A stretch of DNA of 64,000 nucleotides. Origin: Stegostoma tigrinum (Eukaryota). The DNA is taken from NCBI RefSeq assembly GCF_030684315.1, contig NC_081357.1, positions 14,014,255 to 14,078,254 on the forward strand, read 5' to 3'. The position numbers and the translations under genes are program-made. Below, piece after piece: positions 49,630 through 62,569 of the stretch; position 1 is the first letter of the stretch, and each line of letters begins with the position of its first letter. The notes under the pieces were generated by a model. The model was given only the letters and a program-made list of their open reading frames with translations, searched no databases and was not told the origin of the DNA.

Positions 49630-50094
49630 ATAACTGGGGTAAGGCTCTGATTTGCTACATTATTACTGATTACTCCAATAACCCAGATGGTGGACAAACA
49701 TAGAGCAACAGGGGGCCTAACCAGTTAACACTTTCCATACACTCCAGTTATCTCTTCCCAAACAACCATACACAATGCTGTTAGTCCCCTTCTATTAAGT
49801 ATTGCGCACACTGGCCTGCAAACACCATATTTTCACTCTGGTATGATTGCAAAGTATTTACGAGTTGGTACAGTGCAAACCACTTTGAAAAGGTGTTTAT
49901 TTTGGAAGTGTTAGAAGAATAGTCTACTGATTACTTGACTTTGGCAAAAGAATTTGAATGCAGCCAATGCTTACTGCACACCTCAAGCCTTCTGGAGATG
50001 TAAAGTGTACTGAAACATGTTGGCCAAGGATGTTTTACAAGCTCACCCAAAGGCTAATTAAATGTAAATTTATTCAAATAAAAGACATGGCACT

Positions 50095-50351
50095 CAGAGA
50101 TAATAGGAACTGCAGATGCTGGAGAATCCAAGATAACAAAGTGTGAAGCTGGATGAACACAGCAGGCCAAGCAGTATCTGATGAAGGGTCTAGGCCCGAA
50201 ACGTCAGCTTTTGTGCTCCTGAGATGCTGCTTGGCCTGCTGTGTTCATCCAGCCTCACATTTTATTATCTCAGGAGCACCGTCGGCTTTTGTGCTCCTGA
50301 GATGCTGCTTGGCCTGCTGTGCTCATCCAGCTTCACACTTTGTTATCTTAC
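50095..50351. mobile_element. PLE mini-element: one inverted and two tandem pLTR segments
   Basis: Perfect 15-bp TSD aaaagacatggcact (50080-50094 / 50352-50366). Intact hammerhead core at 50178-50207 (+). Confidence 0.92.
50178..50207 (+). ncRNA. Minimal hammerhead ribozyme core
   Basis: CUGAUGA A GGG(ucuagg)CCC GAAA CGUC AG. The 5' strand of helix I is largely lost at the inversion junction. Confidence 0.7.
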
Positions 50352-51457
50352 AAAAGACATGGCACTGTTGTCTATAAAGCACTAAAAAAAAGACAGAGAC
50401 AAAGAGAGGTAGTGAGGTCAGGAATGGTGTTCCTGCTAAGCTGAATGGATATGTGGCGTCCAAATGCACTAAACTGTGTCTAACAAGTTAAAAGAAATCC
50501 ACAGGCCTAATCTTACTTAAAGACAGAAAAGCTAAATTTTAAAAGAGAACATTGGCCATGAGTTTCATTATCGTCCAATGTTTGAAGACACACCCTGTAA
50601 AATTAGCTTTTGGAGGAGTTACACACAATCTTATCAACAGAAGCAATTAGTGGAAATAAAGTGTACAAGATCCTTCACTAGAAAATGAAAGAAAACATTT
50701 TCTTCCAGGGCTATCACAATCACAAGATCCACAGAGCTCAGCAAAATAGTTGATGATAACATTTTCCAATACAGCTGAACAGTAAGCTCAAAAGTATCTG
50801 TTAAAGTGGTTGCAAGACAGAAAAAATGCACCCAGGACATTGATTGCTACAACAGAAAGAAAGAATAGTTGCCATCCTAGGAGGGCCAATTTAAAAATAG
50901 GTCTGAAAGATCACTTCCGCCAATCCAACTTTGTGACTATAGTTAGTTACACTGCATTTTGCAAAAATATAGCGGTATGGCTTGGGTTTAAAAAAACTAC
51001 AGAACAAGAATGCGTGACTGACAAATACGACACACGCATTGTTGTTAATTAACCCCGCTTATAAACATAAAAGTGTACAGAAGGTTCTTCCTTTCCTGTC
51101 CATCTGTGGGTCTGTTTATCTACATGATAGCAGCTCGTACACACCATTTTGACTGGGAGAGTCAGCACGAGAAAGGTTTACAGTTGCAAGCAAGTGGTGT
51201 GGCACAAGACATGGCTCAAATGGAAATTGTTACTTTAAGGAAAATAACAAAGAAAGGGGGCTAGATCCGATACAGTAACTGAATGGCCATGGCTTTCAAA
51301 ACGATTTGGTGCATTTAGAAATGCACCTATCTTAAAAAATATTGACCACATCCACACAAGCAGGCTTGATAGTAGCTACCCTTTAGAAAATGATGGCCAC
51401 TGGATATCTTAAGTGACCCACAGCCCATTAAGGACATTTGATGTGTTTTTATTATAT

Positions 51458-51792
51458 TTAATCATGGGACATCTAAGCATCACTGGCTAGGCCAGCATTT
51501 ATTTCCCATCCCTGACTGCCTAGAGGGCAGTTAAGTGCCAACCACATTGCTGTGGGTCTGGAGTCACATGTAGGCCAGTCCAGATAAGGATGGCAGTTTC
51601 CTTCCCTAAAGGGTATTAGTGAGCCAGATGGGGATCTTTTTTCTGACAATTAGCAACTGTTTGGTAGTCATGATGAGATTGTTAATGCCAGATTTTTGTT
51701 GAATTCAAAGTTCACTATCTGCCACGGCAGGATTCGGAACATTACCTGGGTCTCTGAATAACCATGTGATATTATCTCTAGATCACTGCCTC
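51458..51792 (-). mobile_element. tRNA-derived SINE with LINE-derived tail
   Basis: Reverse complement of the 24652-24985 family. Confidence 0.85.
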
Positions 51793-51799
51793 CTGTTAA

Positions 51800-52085
51800 C
51801 AAGGTTGAAATGTGACAAGCCAATCTTCTGCTATTTAGGGGAACTAGTTCAGCAATAATGACAGTGACCGGTTGATTTATTTGTCCCTTGTTGATCAAGG
51901 GACAGCGTAGATCTATCTGCTCTTCAAAGCAGTACCACTGCATCTTTAGCACCCTCTTAAATGGATGGATGTGGCCTTGGATCCCTAAGTTATCTGGAAG
52001 AGCAGCACTGTGCAACGTCAACCTTGAATTCTGTGTTCGAGTCAGAGGCGCAAGTACTGATATCTGAGCCAAAAGTCACACTCAA
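51800..52085 (-). mobile_element. Deu-type SINE remnant
   Basis: ctgctcttcaaagcagtacc..gagcagcactg..tctgagccaaaag on the reverse strand. Confidence 0.5.
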
Positions 52086-54909
52086 AAAGGTGCTGATGAA
52101 CCAGCTTATTTCAGTAGTGGGGCTTGGAGTGGTGGAAGAATTTTATCATGTCACTTGGCACAGGAATTCTGCCCACTTGGTTCCAAGGAAGAAAGCCCCA
52201 ATGGGATTAAGAGCTTGTTAAATATTCTGTAGCCGTGATCATAATGGCACTTAGCTGGTTAAACTCAAATTGTTCTCGCACACACACCTGAAGCTCCTTG
52301 AACTTGGGCATTTGGTTAATGTTTATCCAACATCACAGGGCTTGGACCACATCCCTGTGGGAGACTGAGTGCAACAGCAGACAGATAGAAACTCTTTAGG
52401 TGACACTGAAAACCAAGGCCCTATCTCAGATAGGCACTGAAGATCCTGAGGCAATGCTGAAGAAGAACAGTACAGCAGCTCCCCACCAAGTGTTCTGACC
52501 AACTCTCGAGTCAATTTTTTTTATATAAAAGAGGTTATACAGCGATCAGTGTTATTTTTTGGAATTTGGTGCGCGTAGACTGAATGTCAATTTGCCCTAC
52601 AGAGAAGGAGGCTACATTCCAAAGAACTTCAAAATATCCTGACATTTTGAAATGCACCACATAATGGAGAATGAAAGGAAGTTGTGTTCAAAACATTAAA
52701 CCAATGGTGTTTTTCATTTGTAGACCAGTGTGCTACCACTAAGTCTATTTTTACTGAAGGAAAAAAATAGTAGATATGTGTCAGCAAAAAGGAGCAGAGG
52801 TCAAAGATTACTCATATTCTTATTCTTGGGAAGAGAGGGAAATATAAATAGTGGCACGTGATATTTTTCATAATCCATATGAACAAAGAGATACTCTGGA
52901 CTATAATTAGATTCAAATTATATGCTGTGAAGGCATTATATTGATTTGTAGAACTTTGCGGTGGTGAGTGAATGCAACATTTCATGCAACAACAGAAGTA
53001 AGTCCATTTGCTTACAGACAAACTTATCTTGAGGCATGTGATACAGATATACGAATAACCCTGTCAACCAAAGGCAGTGTTCCTCCAAGAAAATAGAGAA
53101 GCACAGGTCTGCTAAGTGCCACAGGAACGAGATTGCAGGGAGAGGAAGATGAAAGTTCCCTTTTTAATGAAAAACACAGGAAAGGAGCAAGTGCAACTAT
53201 ATATCAAATCTATTTCCACCCAAAAGCAGCTTGTAAAGGGTGATAAAACTTTCTGAAAGGGCACAGGTTCCCTACTTCCCATTCTAGATCAACAGGCACA
53301 GGCAGGTTGTCATGAAAATAATTAGAGAAACAGAAAATATAGAAACTCCCAGTATTTAAGAGAGTTGACAGCTGATTGTGATCAAGGGGGACCTGACAGC
53401 CTGTGCAAGGATACATATTGACTGTTCATTGAAGGACATATGGGTCTAGTCATTTTCTCTGTAAGAACAAGTCACATTGTATTTCTGCCCTATGAATCAG
53501 CAATATTATCATTTAGCAGCATCTGTAGCAAAATAAATACAGCTTAATGCAGTAAAACATTGATGAGAAACAGATATCCAAAAATACTCAACAGCTGGAA
53601 AACTCCTACGCGATCAGATGTACTTTCAATAAAAAGCCAATTACATAGTTACACACATTCAAAAACATAGTGGACGTGCAAACATTTTTCAAACTACTGA
53701 ATTTTTCAAATTGTTACATTCTCAAAAAAAAAGCACTCTCACTCATTGGGAAACAGATTCTCCAAGCAGATACACTTCCTGTAAAGGATACACATATTCT
53801 CCTCCACATCTGTCTCTCTCAAATGAAACCTTCAGGCATCCGAGCTCTGTCCAAGATTCTGAATTGTCAACTTCTCCCTTTGACCAACACAGAAATATTC
53901 CAAGAATTTGGTTTTGGGTTTTTCTTTAATAGATTCCTAACACAATGTTTGGTGAAGAAAACTTGTATTTATATCATTCCAGACGACCTCGTCTGCCTTG
54001 CTATCTTTGGGCAGTTATTACTGATGGTAAAAGCACAAGTTTTGGTAGGGATTACAACTCGATTTACATGTGTTACATGTAACAAATATGTTATTTCAAC
54101 ATAATGGCAGAACAGTCATTTCTGTATAGCTCGAGTCTATTACCAATCGGGTCCTGGTGCACAGCAACATGACACTCCTTAAGGAGACTGTTTAACATCA
54201 CTTGGGTGCTATGCTAGATAACAGTGTGATCAGAGCAGCACAATTCAAGCTATTTTCCACACCCTTCCAAATACAGCATTCCCTTCCTTTCTACATTAGC
54301 CCACTCTTGTCCATCCTCAATCTCCCTCAAATTTTGAGCTCTGGTCCCCAGCTCAACATTAAAACGAAGCTAAATGAACTAAAAAAAAAGGAACTGAAGC
54401 CAAGACAGGCAGGAAAGAAGCACAGTCCTGACAAAATGCAACTTTTTAACGTTAAAGGCTGGATCATCATTAGCTGAGTGATAACAAGAATCCTGCTTTT
54501 AGTACAAGATTCAAGATGTTCCCTGGTGTTCTGGGGATTGTATTTCACAATTTCATTGCCTTCTGAGAAAAATTACTAATCAGTGGCCTTGGTTATAATC
54601 TAAATTTAGATTAGTAAAAGTGAAAAACAGTTACCATTTTTGTACCATCAAAAACAATTTAATTGTTTCTCTATTCCCTCCCTCTCTCCAACCCAATGTG
54701 TCTTTGGCACTCGTATACAACAGAAAAATATTGTGGTCCATAGAATATACATATCACAGCTGAGAATATCCTGAAACATGTTATTGAAAATTCTAGATGT
54801 TAAAAAAAAGGCCATTTTAAAATCATTGACCTAGCATGATCCTTCAGTCTCACCATTACGCTCGGAAATCATTTCTCACCATCACACCAAAACAATAGGA
54901 TTTCTATGT

Positions 54910-55024
54910 AACAGAGATAAGAAAAAGTGTGGAGATCTTAGCACATGCTTGGCCAGCTGTGTTCATCCAGCTTCACACTGTGTTATCTCGGATTCTCCAG
55001 CATCTGCAGTTCCCATTATCTCTG
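54910..55024 (+). mobile_element. PLE pLTR tail with short inverted 5' end
   Basis: Perfect 15-bp TSD ataggatttctatgt (54895-54909 / 55025-55039). Family tail gttatctcggattctccagcatctgcagttcccattatc. Confidence 0.88.
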
Positions 55025-56104
55025 ATAGGATTTCTATGTCACCTGCTGAAGATAATATGATGCATTTTCTGCTTGATAGTTTGAGATTGCATCTATTTGT
55101 CTTACTCGTGTCATTCTCTAACTTTAGTCAGACCTCTCAGACTGCGTGACATATCCCATGGATAATCTGTACTCCAGCTACATTTTCTCATCTGAACTCC
55201 ATATATCCCTTGATGCCCTTGCCCAGCAACATAAAATCTATTAACCCAAATCTTGCACACTTCAAATGATTCACCCAGGGTTCAGTTTTGTTTTGTCGTA
55301 AGTACATGTATGTGGAGGAGTTTGGAGAACAAAACAAAACACCACATTCTCACCTTTCTGAAGAGCGGTTTCCCAATTTCATTCACTAGATTTTAGTTTT
55401 AAGACTAAGATTGTATTTCTCTCATTTTCAATTCCCTCCATCCAAACAAACACACACAATCTGTTAATATCAATCCTATCAAGTCCTTCTCAAACTTTAA
55501 ATCTTGCCTCAGATCCCCTCAGTTTTCAAAACGTGAAAGAGTAAAAGCCAATTTTTTTTTTAATCTCCGAGGTGACGCCATTTGTCAAAACAGACAGGCT
55601 TAACTTCCTCTCAACTAAGATCTCAGTGCCAAGAATGAACCTTGCGACTCTTATATAGTCTACTTTCAACACTTCCAATGTCTCCGGGGCTTCCAGAGCC
55701 CAAAGCTGAAGCACTGAATGAGGTGCGGTCTGAATCCAAATACCTCTGCAATAACAGTGACGGAATAAAACATTTTGAAGTTTAAACACTGAACACAGAG
55801 TCAGCTCGAGAGTGTAATTAAAGAGCAAGGAGATCTCCAGCCTACTTCCGGGAGAACACACCCAGTCTTTTTGTTGCAATTAGTAGGACTTCTTTTGGAC
55901 TTCTCCCTCCCTGCCAGTTTTATCCCCCATACAAGATATTAACTCTATAATATTGTTTTGTCATGGTCCTGCACTTCATAGCCAATCATCTGCTCTTTAT
56001 TTTGTACCCAACCTGGGTTCACATAGCCATTGGGAACAGTGAATGGAAGAATAACTTTATCCACCTTGGCTGTGTATACCCACACAGACACATTATAATA
56101 CATA

Positions 56105-56435
56105 TCTGAGGGACAGCCATGTTGTGAGAGGCACCGTGTTTCAAGAAATCATTAAACCAAGGCCATATCTCCCCTTTCAGTTTCACGTTAATGGATCTAC
56201 CTTAAAAATTAGGAACAGGGAATGTTGCCACAGTGCCTTGTCAATATTATCCCTCAGCTAGAAACCCTGGTCTGATTATAACCAAATTTGTTTGTGAAAT
56301 TAAATATTTCACAATATTTAATACAATGCTATACAAGTTAGCTTCTGCAATCCCTACATTTCAACAGTTACGACACATTAGAAGTAATTTCACAAATTCT
56401 GCAGTTATGAAAGGTGCTCTATAAATGCAAGATTT
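56105..56435 (+). mobile_element. Deu-type SINE 3' part
   Basis: caatattatccctcag..cctacatttcaacag..tatgaaaggtgctctataaatgcaag. Confidence 0.65.
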
Positions 56436-57765
56436 AAAAAAAAATTGAGAAGTGGATGCACATTTGCCAAAAAATTGCAAACATTTTAAACCAAGTGCAA
56501 CTTAAGAAAATATTAGAGTAAATAATCAAATGCTTGGATAAGGACAAGGTTACAAGAAGCACGTGATAGGAGGAGAAGCACAGAGAGGCAGAGCGCACTC
56601 GGGACCAAATTCCTGAACTTTATTCAGGACCATGATGAACATAAATTAGTTCACTTAAAACGCTGCAAGTCTTTAAAATTTCAACCACAAACCCCAACCA
56701 CGTAGTTTGGATATGTTCAGCAAAGATGAGGATGAGCTGAAGTTTACTAAGATCCCAATTAGGAGACCAGTCCCAGAACATATTGGAATAATTGAGTTTG
56801 GAGGTAAAGACAGACTGCAAAATTAGGCAGCGTTTGCTAATATTGCAGCATTTCTGTTGAAAAGGCCTACTTTTTAATACAAATATTACATTTTCCAACA
56901 TTTCCTGGCTTGTATATTACGGATATATTCTTTGCTCTGGTTAATTGTAGCAAATATTTTTAATGTGTCTTATTAAAACAAAAACACAGGAGTTCCCATG
57001 CGTTTGGACTGGGAATCCAATAGCAATATTGCATACATTTGACACAAGTCATCTATCCCAGGCCCTGAGACTCTACCCGTACCAAAAGGTTAACAGATAA
57101 AACTACAGAAAAGACTTGAGCAGAATCCCACCAACAAACAACTTTTTTTAAAATGATCATTACAGTTTTCAAGAAAATATTTTCTTCAGAGCTTGACTAG
57201 TCAAAATTTATTTATTGTCACAAGTTTTTTTTTTACAAAATACAGTGAGAGTATAGTGTCACCACTCTTCAGCACCAGCTCAAAACACAAAATAAAACAA
57301 AACATAGAATATAAAGGCAGAAGAATAAAAGTGCTCAACTTTACAGTCCTTCCACCTGAAGTGAAAAAAGGTCATGTTCTCGATGTTTTACTTGTGACTG
57401 GCAATCTGGTCCAGCGGGTTCCCCAAGGTAACCACAGGGGAACGCAGCCTTTTGCAAAAATACAAAACACCAACCAGATCCCCACATTAACATAAACTAT
57501 TTTTCAAGGAATTAGTTACTAGTGTAACCAGAATTTTGCTTTGATGTACTTACCATGATTTACTGAGCTTCTTTTAGATCCAAAATCATTAATAGAGTTT
57601 CACAGCAAAACTACATTTCAGGTATCATTACTTTTCAAAGCACTGGTTGGATGGAAAGCATTGGAACGTTTTCTCATTAGTCTATCCCACCATGCCAGTA
57701 GTGGGCTGACTCATCACCCCCATCACAGTGCTGTAGGTAAAAAAAAAATCAGAATGCGTGTTCCT

Positions 57766-58085
57766 GAGGGTTAGATAGGGTGGATAGGGAGAGCCTTTTT
57801 CCTAGGATGGTGACAGCAAGCACGAGGGGGCATAGCTTTAAATTGAGGGGTGAAAGATATAGGACAGATGTCAGAGGTAGTTTCTTTACTCAGAGTAGTT
57901 AGGGAATGGAACGCTTTGCCTGCAACGGTAGTAGATTCGCCAACTTTAGGTACATTTAAGTCGTCATTGGACAAGCATATGGATGTACATAGAATAGTGT
58001 AGGTTAGATGGGCTTGAGATCGGTATGACAGGTCGGCGCAACAGAGGGCCGAAGGGCCTGTACTGTGCTGTAATGTTCTATGTTC
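57766..58085 (+). mobile_element. Young CR1 3' end
   Basis: Nearly identical to ~23168-23487. Confidence 0.95.
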
Positions 58086-59320
58086 CCTATCTCAGTGAAC
58101 AAATCAGATTGTTTTTTGACCCATTCCACACCTGGAAGGGACCAGGGGAGCCCAGAGGAATTAAGCTAATTAAAATGAGAACATGGAATGAAGGTTGCCT
58201 TTCGTCCTACATTTTAAAACAAACCATTTACAACAGATCTTACAAATGGATACCACCCCAAAAACTGGTTAATCTGCTCAATTAGGGAATGTGCTTGCAG
58301 AACATTCCATTATTTTCCAAGAGGCGACTCCCTACTAAAGGCAACAGTCTCCAAACAAGGTAATCAAACTAAATCTATTTCATCTGTTCATCCCAGGCTT
58401 CATAACCTAGGAATCTATAGACATTACAACTGCCGAATAAGCTTCCAGTAACACCAAAGGTAGAACAGAAGACATTTACCCAATAACCAGTGCACATGAT
58501 AAAATGACAATAAACACCTCTTCAGGTTGTTGCTGACCCCTCCTATAAAACGAGGCACCAACTTCCAACTAACTAGAAAGATGCCATGACAGTACTTAGC
58601 TTGGCAATAATTTCAAAACACTTTTATCTCTGGCATGTACTCCTTGGTAAGTGTCATATTTAATTCCTGTCATACGTTTGATGCCAGATTCTTGGGAAGT
58701 AGCAACCTCTGAGCCATCAGGAGCACTGCCGCAGGAGATCTGTCAGTGAGTAATTAATAACCGCAATGGGCCTGTCGGAGCTTTAATACAGTTGGAGATT
58801 ATGAACAGTATTCTCAGGGAAGTGGTTGCCAATCCCATTTGACTCGAACTGAACAAATATCGATTTGAAAGCATTCAAGAATACAGACTCCTCAGAGATC
58901 CAGTTAAATTTATTACATACCACAACAGTTCAACAACTGCAACCAAACTGGTTGAATCAGGAAAGATTACATCAGCCATTAAGGCAGGATAACTATAGGA
59001 TGTTGCCAAATGTGTAAAAAGTGACTAATCCAAGTAAAATAACACAGTGGATTCTTCATGTCATCGTCTCCTTTGATCTTCTGATCTAATGCAGAAGATT
59101 TACCTCACATAAGATATGGGGGAGGGGGGCTAGGCTTCATTGCAAACCATTTTACTCAAATTCACACTTTCATTCCTTCTGTCTCTCAATCTTCATGGCC
59201 TCAAGTTACATACTTGACAGGAGCCAAATCCGATCTCGTGTGATTGTTGACTGACAGAGAAACTCAACAATGCACAACCGAGAGTGAGAATATGATCCTG
59301 TGCAAGCAGGCATACACATC

Positions 59321-59344
59321 GCTCTCTCTCTCTCTCTCTCTCTC
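59321..59344 (+). repeat. (CT)n microsatellite
   Basis: Direct reading. Confidence 0.85.
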
Positions 59345-62300
59345 GACAGGAGGGATAGTGACCAGATGAGCATGACCAACAGGACTGTCAGATGACAAAC
59401 ACTTGATTGAATAGAAGATGCGCTGCTAATAAGAACTGAAGACTGTTGCAATGCAATAATACACAGCACTATTCAGGCCGTTCAATCCTATGTCAGTGTA
59501 AAATCAAGAAATCTTTTCTCAGTGAGGCTTCTTCCTCAGATCTTTCATGTAGCCTTTTTTGTTTATTTAAGGGTTAAGACTCCATGGCACAAGTCAAACA
59601 AAACATTGAAGAGGATTCTAAGGTATTAATAATCCATTCAGTCATCAAGTCCACAGCAAAAACAAACAAATCCCTGTGCTAATTTCAATACTTTGAGATT
59701 CTTCATAAGTGACTTTGGAGGTAACGTCCGTAAACACATTCAAACATAATGCTGGGAAGCTGATAAGCGAGAATTATAATTTCTGATCTTCCTGAAACCT
59801 TACAACGAAAAGTTGAAACATCTGGACAATAATCATCAAGAGAAGCCCGCAATAAACTCACGGCTAAACACATTTATTATTGACCGGGGACTCAATGTGC
59901 CGAACAGCCATCTCCTGTGCCACTGCGTCCATGCTAACTCTTTGCTGGAACCATTTGAAACTTTTCACTGCCAGCACCAACACCACTGCTCAACCCCCCA
60001 GTGCTCCCAGGCTTCATAGTGCAAAATCCTCTGCTGCTAAATTTGTGCAGGACTACTTCCTTCCAAAACAAAATCTCAGTCTCAGCCTCAACCACTCCCT
60101 GCAGTAAAGCATTCTATATCTCAATAATTACTTAAAGGCATTAAATTGCAGCTTTTCTACTTGATAAACATGGAGTCCCTGCATCGGGGAAGAATCTTTA
60201 CAACATTACATTAGCCAATAAAATGTCTGAATGTTAAATCAGAATTGCACAATCATTGCAAAATAATTGTTTTGTAATATTCAATTTCTGATTGAACTGC
60301 ACCTGGAACCTCCATATCTAATTCCCGCTATGAGCGTCCATTAATGCCTTGGGAAATTTCACTAATGCTGAAAAACATATTAATGCAGTTTACTGTTGGT
60401 AGTGCCACATTTTTTGTTCCCCACCAATTGCTCAAAGTTATGACAGGACCACCACTACAATTTCTACCCCATAGTCTTCTTTTTGGTATTTTGTTTCGTG
60501 CTGTTCCTCTGATTAGTTTCTCAAAAGTGAAACAATAGGAAATTGAAACATTTAATATTATCCATATGCAGAGACTTTTATAATATAATATGAAAACAGC
60601 ATGCCATATCAGAGTCAGAATCAGAAAACAAAACGAAAACAGAACGTGGTGGCTGCATATAATTGATTCAAGTCAGTCAGTGATTTGGGTGTATCCAGCA
60701 GGCTGTAAATAGAAGCTGAATTGCATTTTCCCCCCTACAAGACCTCCATTATAGCTCATCTTTCTGTGGCAGTTCCACAAGTCTACTTAAAGTAGGGGTA
60801 AGACTCCATGAAGTGATAAAAGCAAAAGTGCTTTCCTGCTTTTCATTGGTCTTGGGCTGAGTCACATTCACTTTTCACTAGAAGCCAAGCGAGAGCAGAA
60901 CAGTAACTCAAGATACTTAATCAGTAATTGGCTCTTAACTCCAAATCAGTGGCAAAGACCAAGACCATACATTTGCCTGCGTTCAGGCAAACCCTTAACT
61001 GTGCTAACGTTATTTTCTCAGAAACAGATTATGCAATACGTCACTGGTGTAATGACGCTTCTCCTTCATTTACAGTCAGCCTGGAATTTTACAATGAGGG
61101 AGTGCAGGTTTCTGCCAGATTCCAACAGAATGAGCAAAAACTGAAGACAGAGTTGGTGGATGAAAGTCTTTTCACTGGGCTGGATACCCTCTGAACTCTA
61201 GCGCAATATTTCAAGACTGAATCAGACTCCTTTCCAGAAGGGGCTGTGCATATAGTAGCGAAGCTTATTCCATACATTTCCTCTTAAAAGGCACATGCAC
61301 TGGATAAAAATTGAACTGTATGGAATGTTTGAGTCAGAGTTTGCCAAATGTCGCAATACGATGCCTGAAACAGTCCAAACATGAAAGAACATGAAGATTC
61401 AGACTGACTCAATTCCAATCTTAGTTACTTCCAACAACTCTCTTCATAACGGCAAGAATTTAAGAAGGATTTTTTTTCTTAAGAAAAGCAAAATGTTCTT
61501 GGGAAAGAGGAGTCGTCTTTTACATGGTAGTACAATGCCTCAAGTGCTGCAATACTTCCATAGAAGGAAGGGCTGTTTCTAGAGAAAATGGAAGATTCCA
61601 GAGCATCCAGATTCTGAGCGCAGACATCCCACGGTGAAGGTCAGACAGCCCCTTGGTTGATAAGGCCAAGAATTAATCAGTGACACTATTTGACCTTGGC
61701 AAGGAACTAAAGGAACGCAACATTTGTGATAAATGACTGAAATATATTTTCTTTTGAAACAGTAATGAGGCAAAAGGCCATATTGGCTTGGAATAGGGAT
61801 CATTTAGGGAACCACAAGAAAATTGTCCAAGAATGTATGAACCACATCTTTATTTTCTTTTAAATACAGCAGGTTTCAAAGACTGAAGAGACCTTAGCAG
61901 GACATCCTCATAATGAGGATGAGGGCAACAACGCAGGGTTAGAAGGGAACTGCGATTTGTTGGATGGGACAGCAGCTGTGATTTGACGATACAGGAAACA
62001 AAAGGGTCAGGACATTAGGAGACTCAAAGAAGCTTTTCTTGGATGCAAAGTGAAAGATTGCTAGGCAAACGTCCTCAGGGAAAATTTCTCACCAGTAGGG
62101 TCTTGGTCCCAAATTGTCAGCCTGTAAGAAGTGCAGAGAAAGGAATTCTTTTCTCCATGTTATTGGTCAGAGGCCAGGTGGGGGAAAAGAGTTTGGTATG
62201 TGCCAAGGTGGACTCCACCCCTAATGTGGCCCTTCAGTGTATACGTCCCCATCAGCATCGGCATGTTTTACTAGGCACACTTCACAGCAGCCAGAACACA

Positions 62301-62569
62301 GCTGGATCAATTTTCCGATGCCAAGTTTGCAAACAGAATAATTCTGAAGGCTAAGTCCCAAATGTTGTGGATAACTGCTTCCTGGTCCTCAACGCGATAA
62401 CGCTGATGCACTGTTGCTGTGAACTTTCCAAGTTAGTATGCTAATTTTGGCCTGTCAGGACAAGTAAAGCTGCCACTTGCCCAACAGTACTCCAATATAA
62501 TTTCTCCCAAGTCCTTCTGAGCTCACAACAATCACAGTCATCCTGCACATTCTGTTTTGCCACTTAGGG

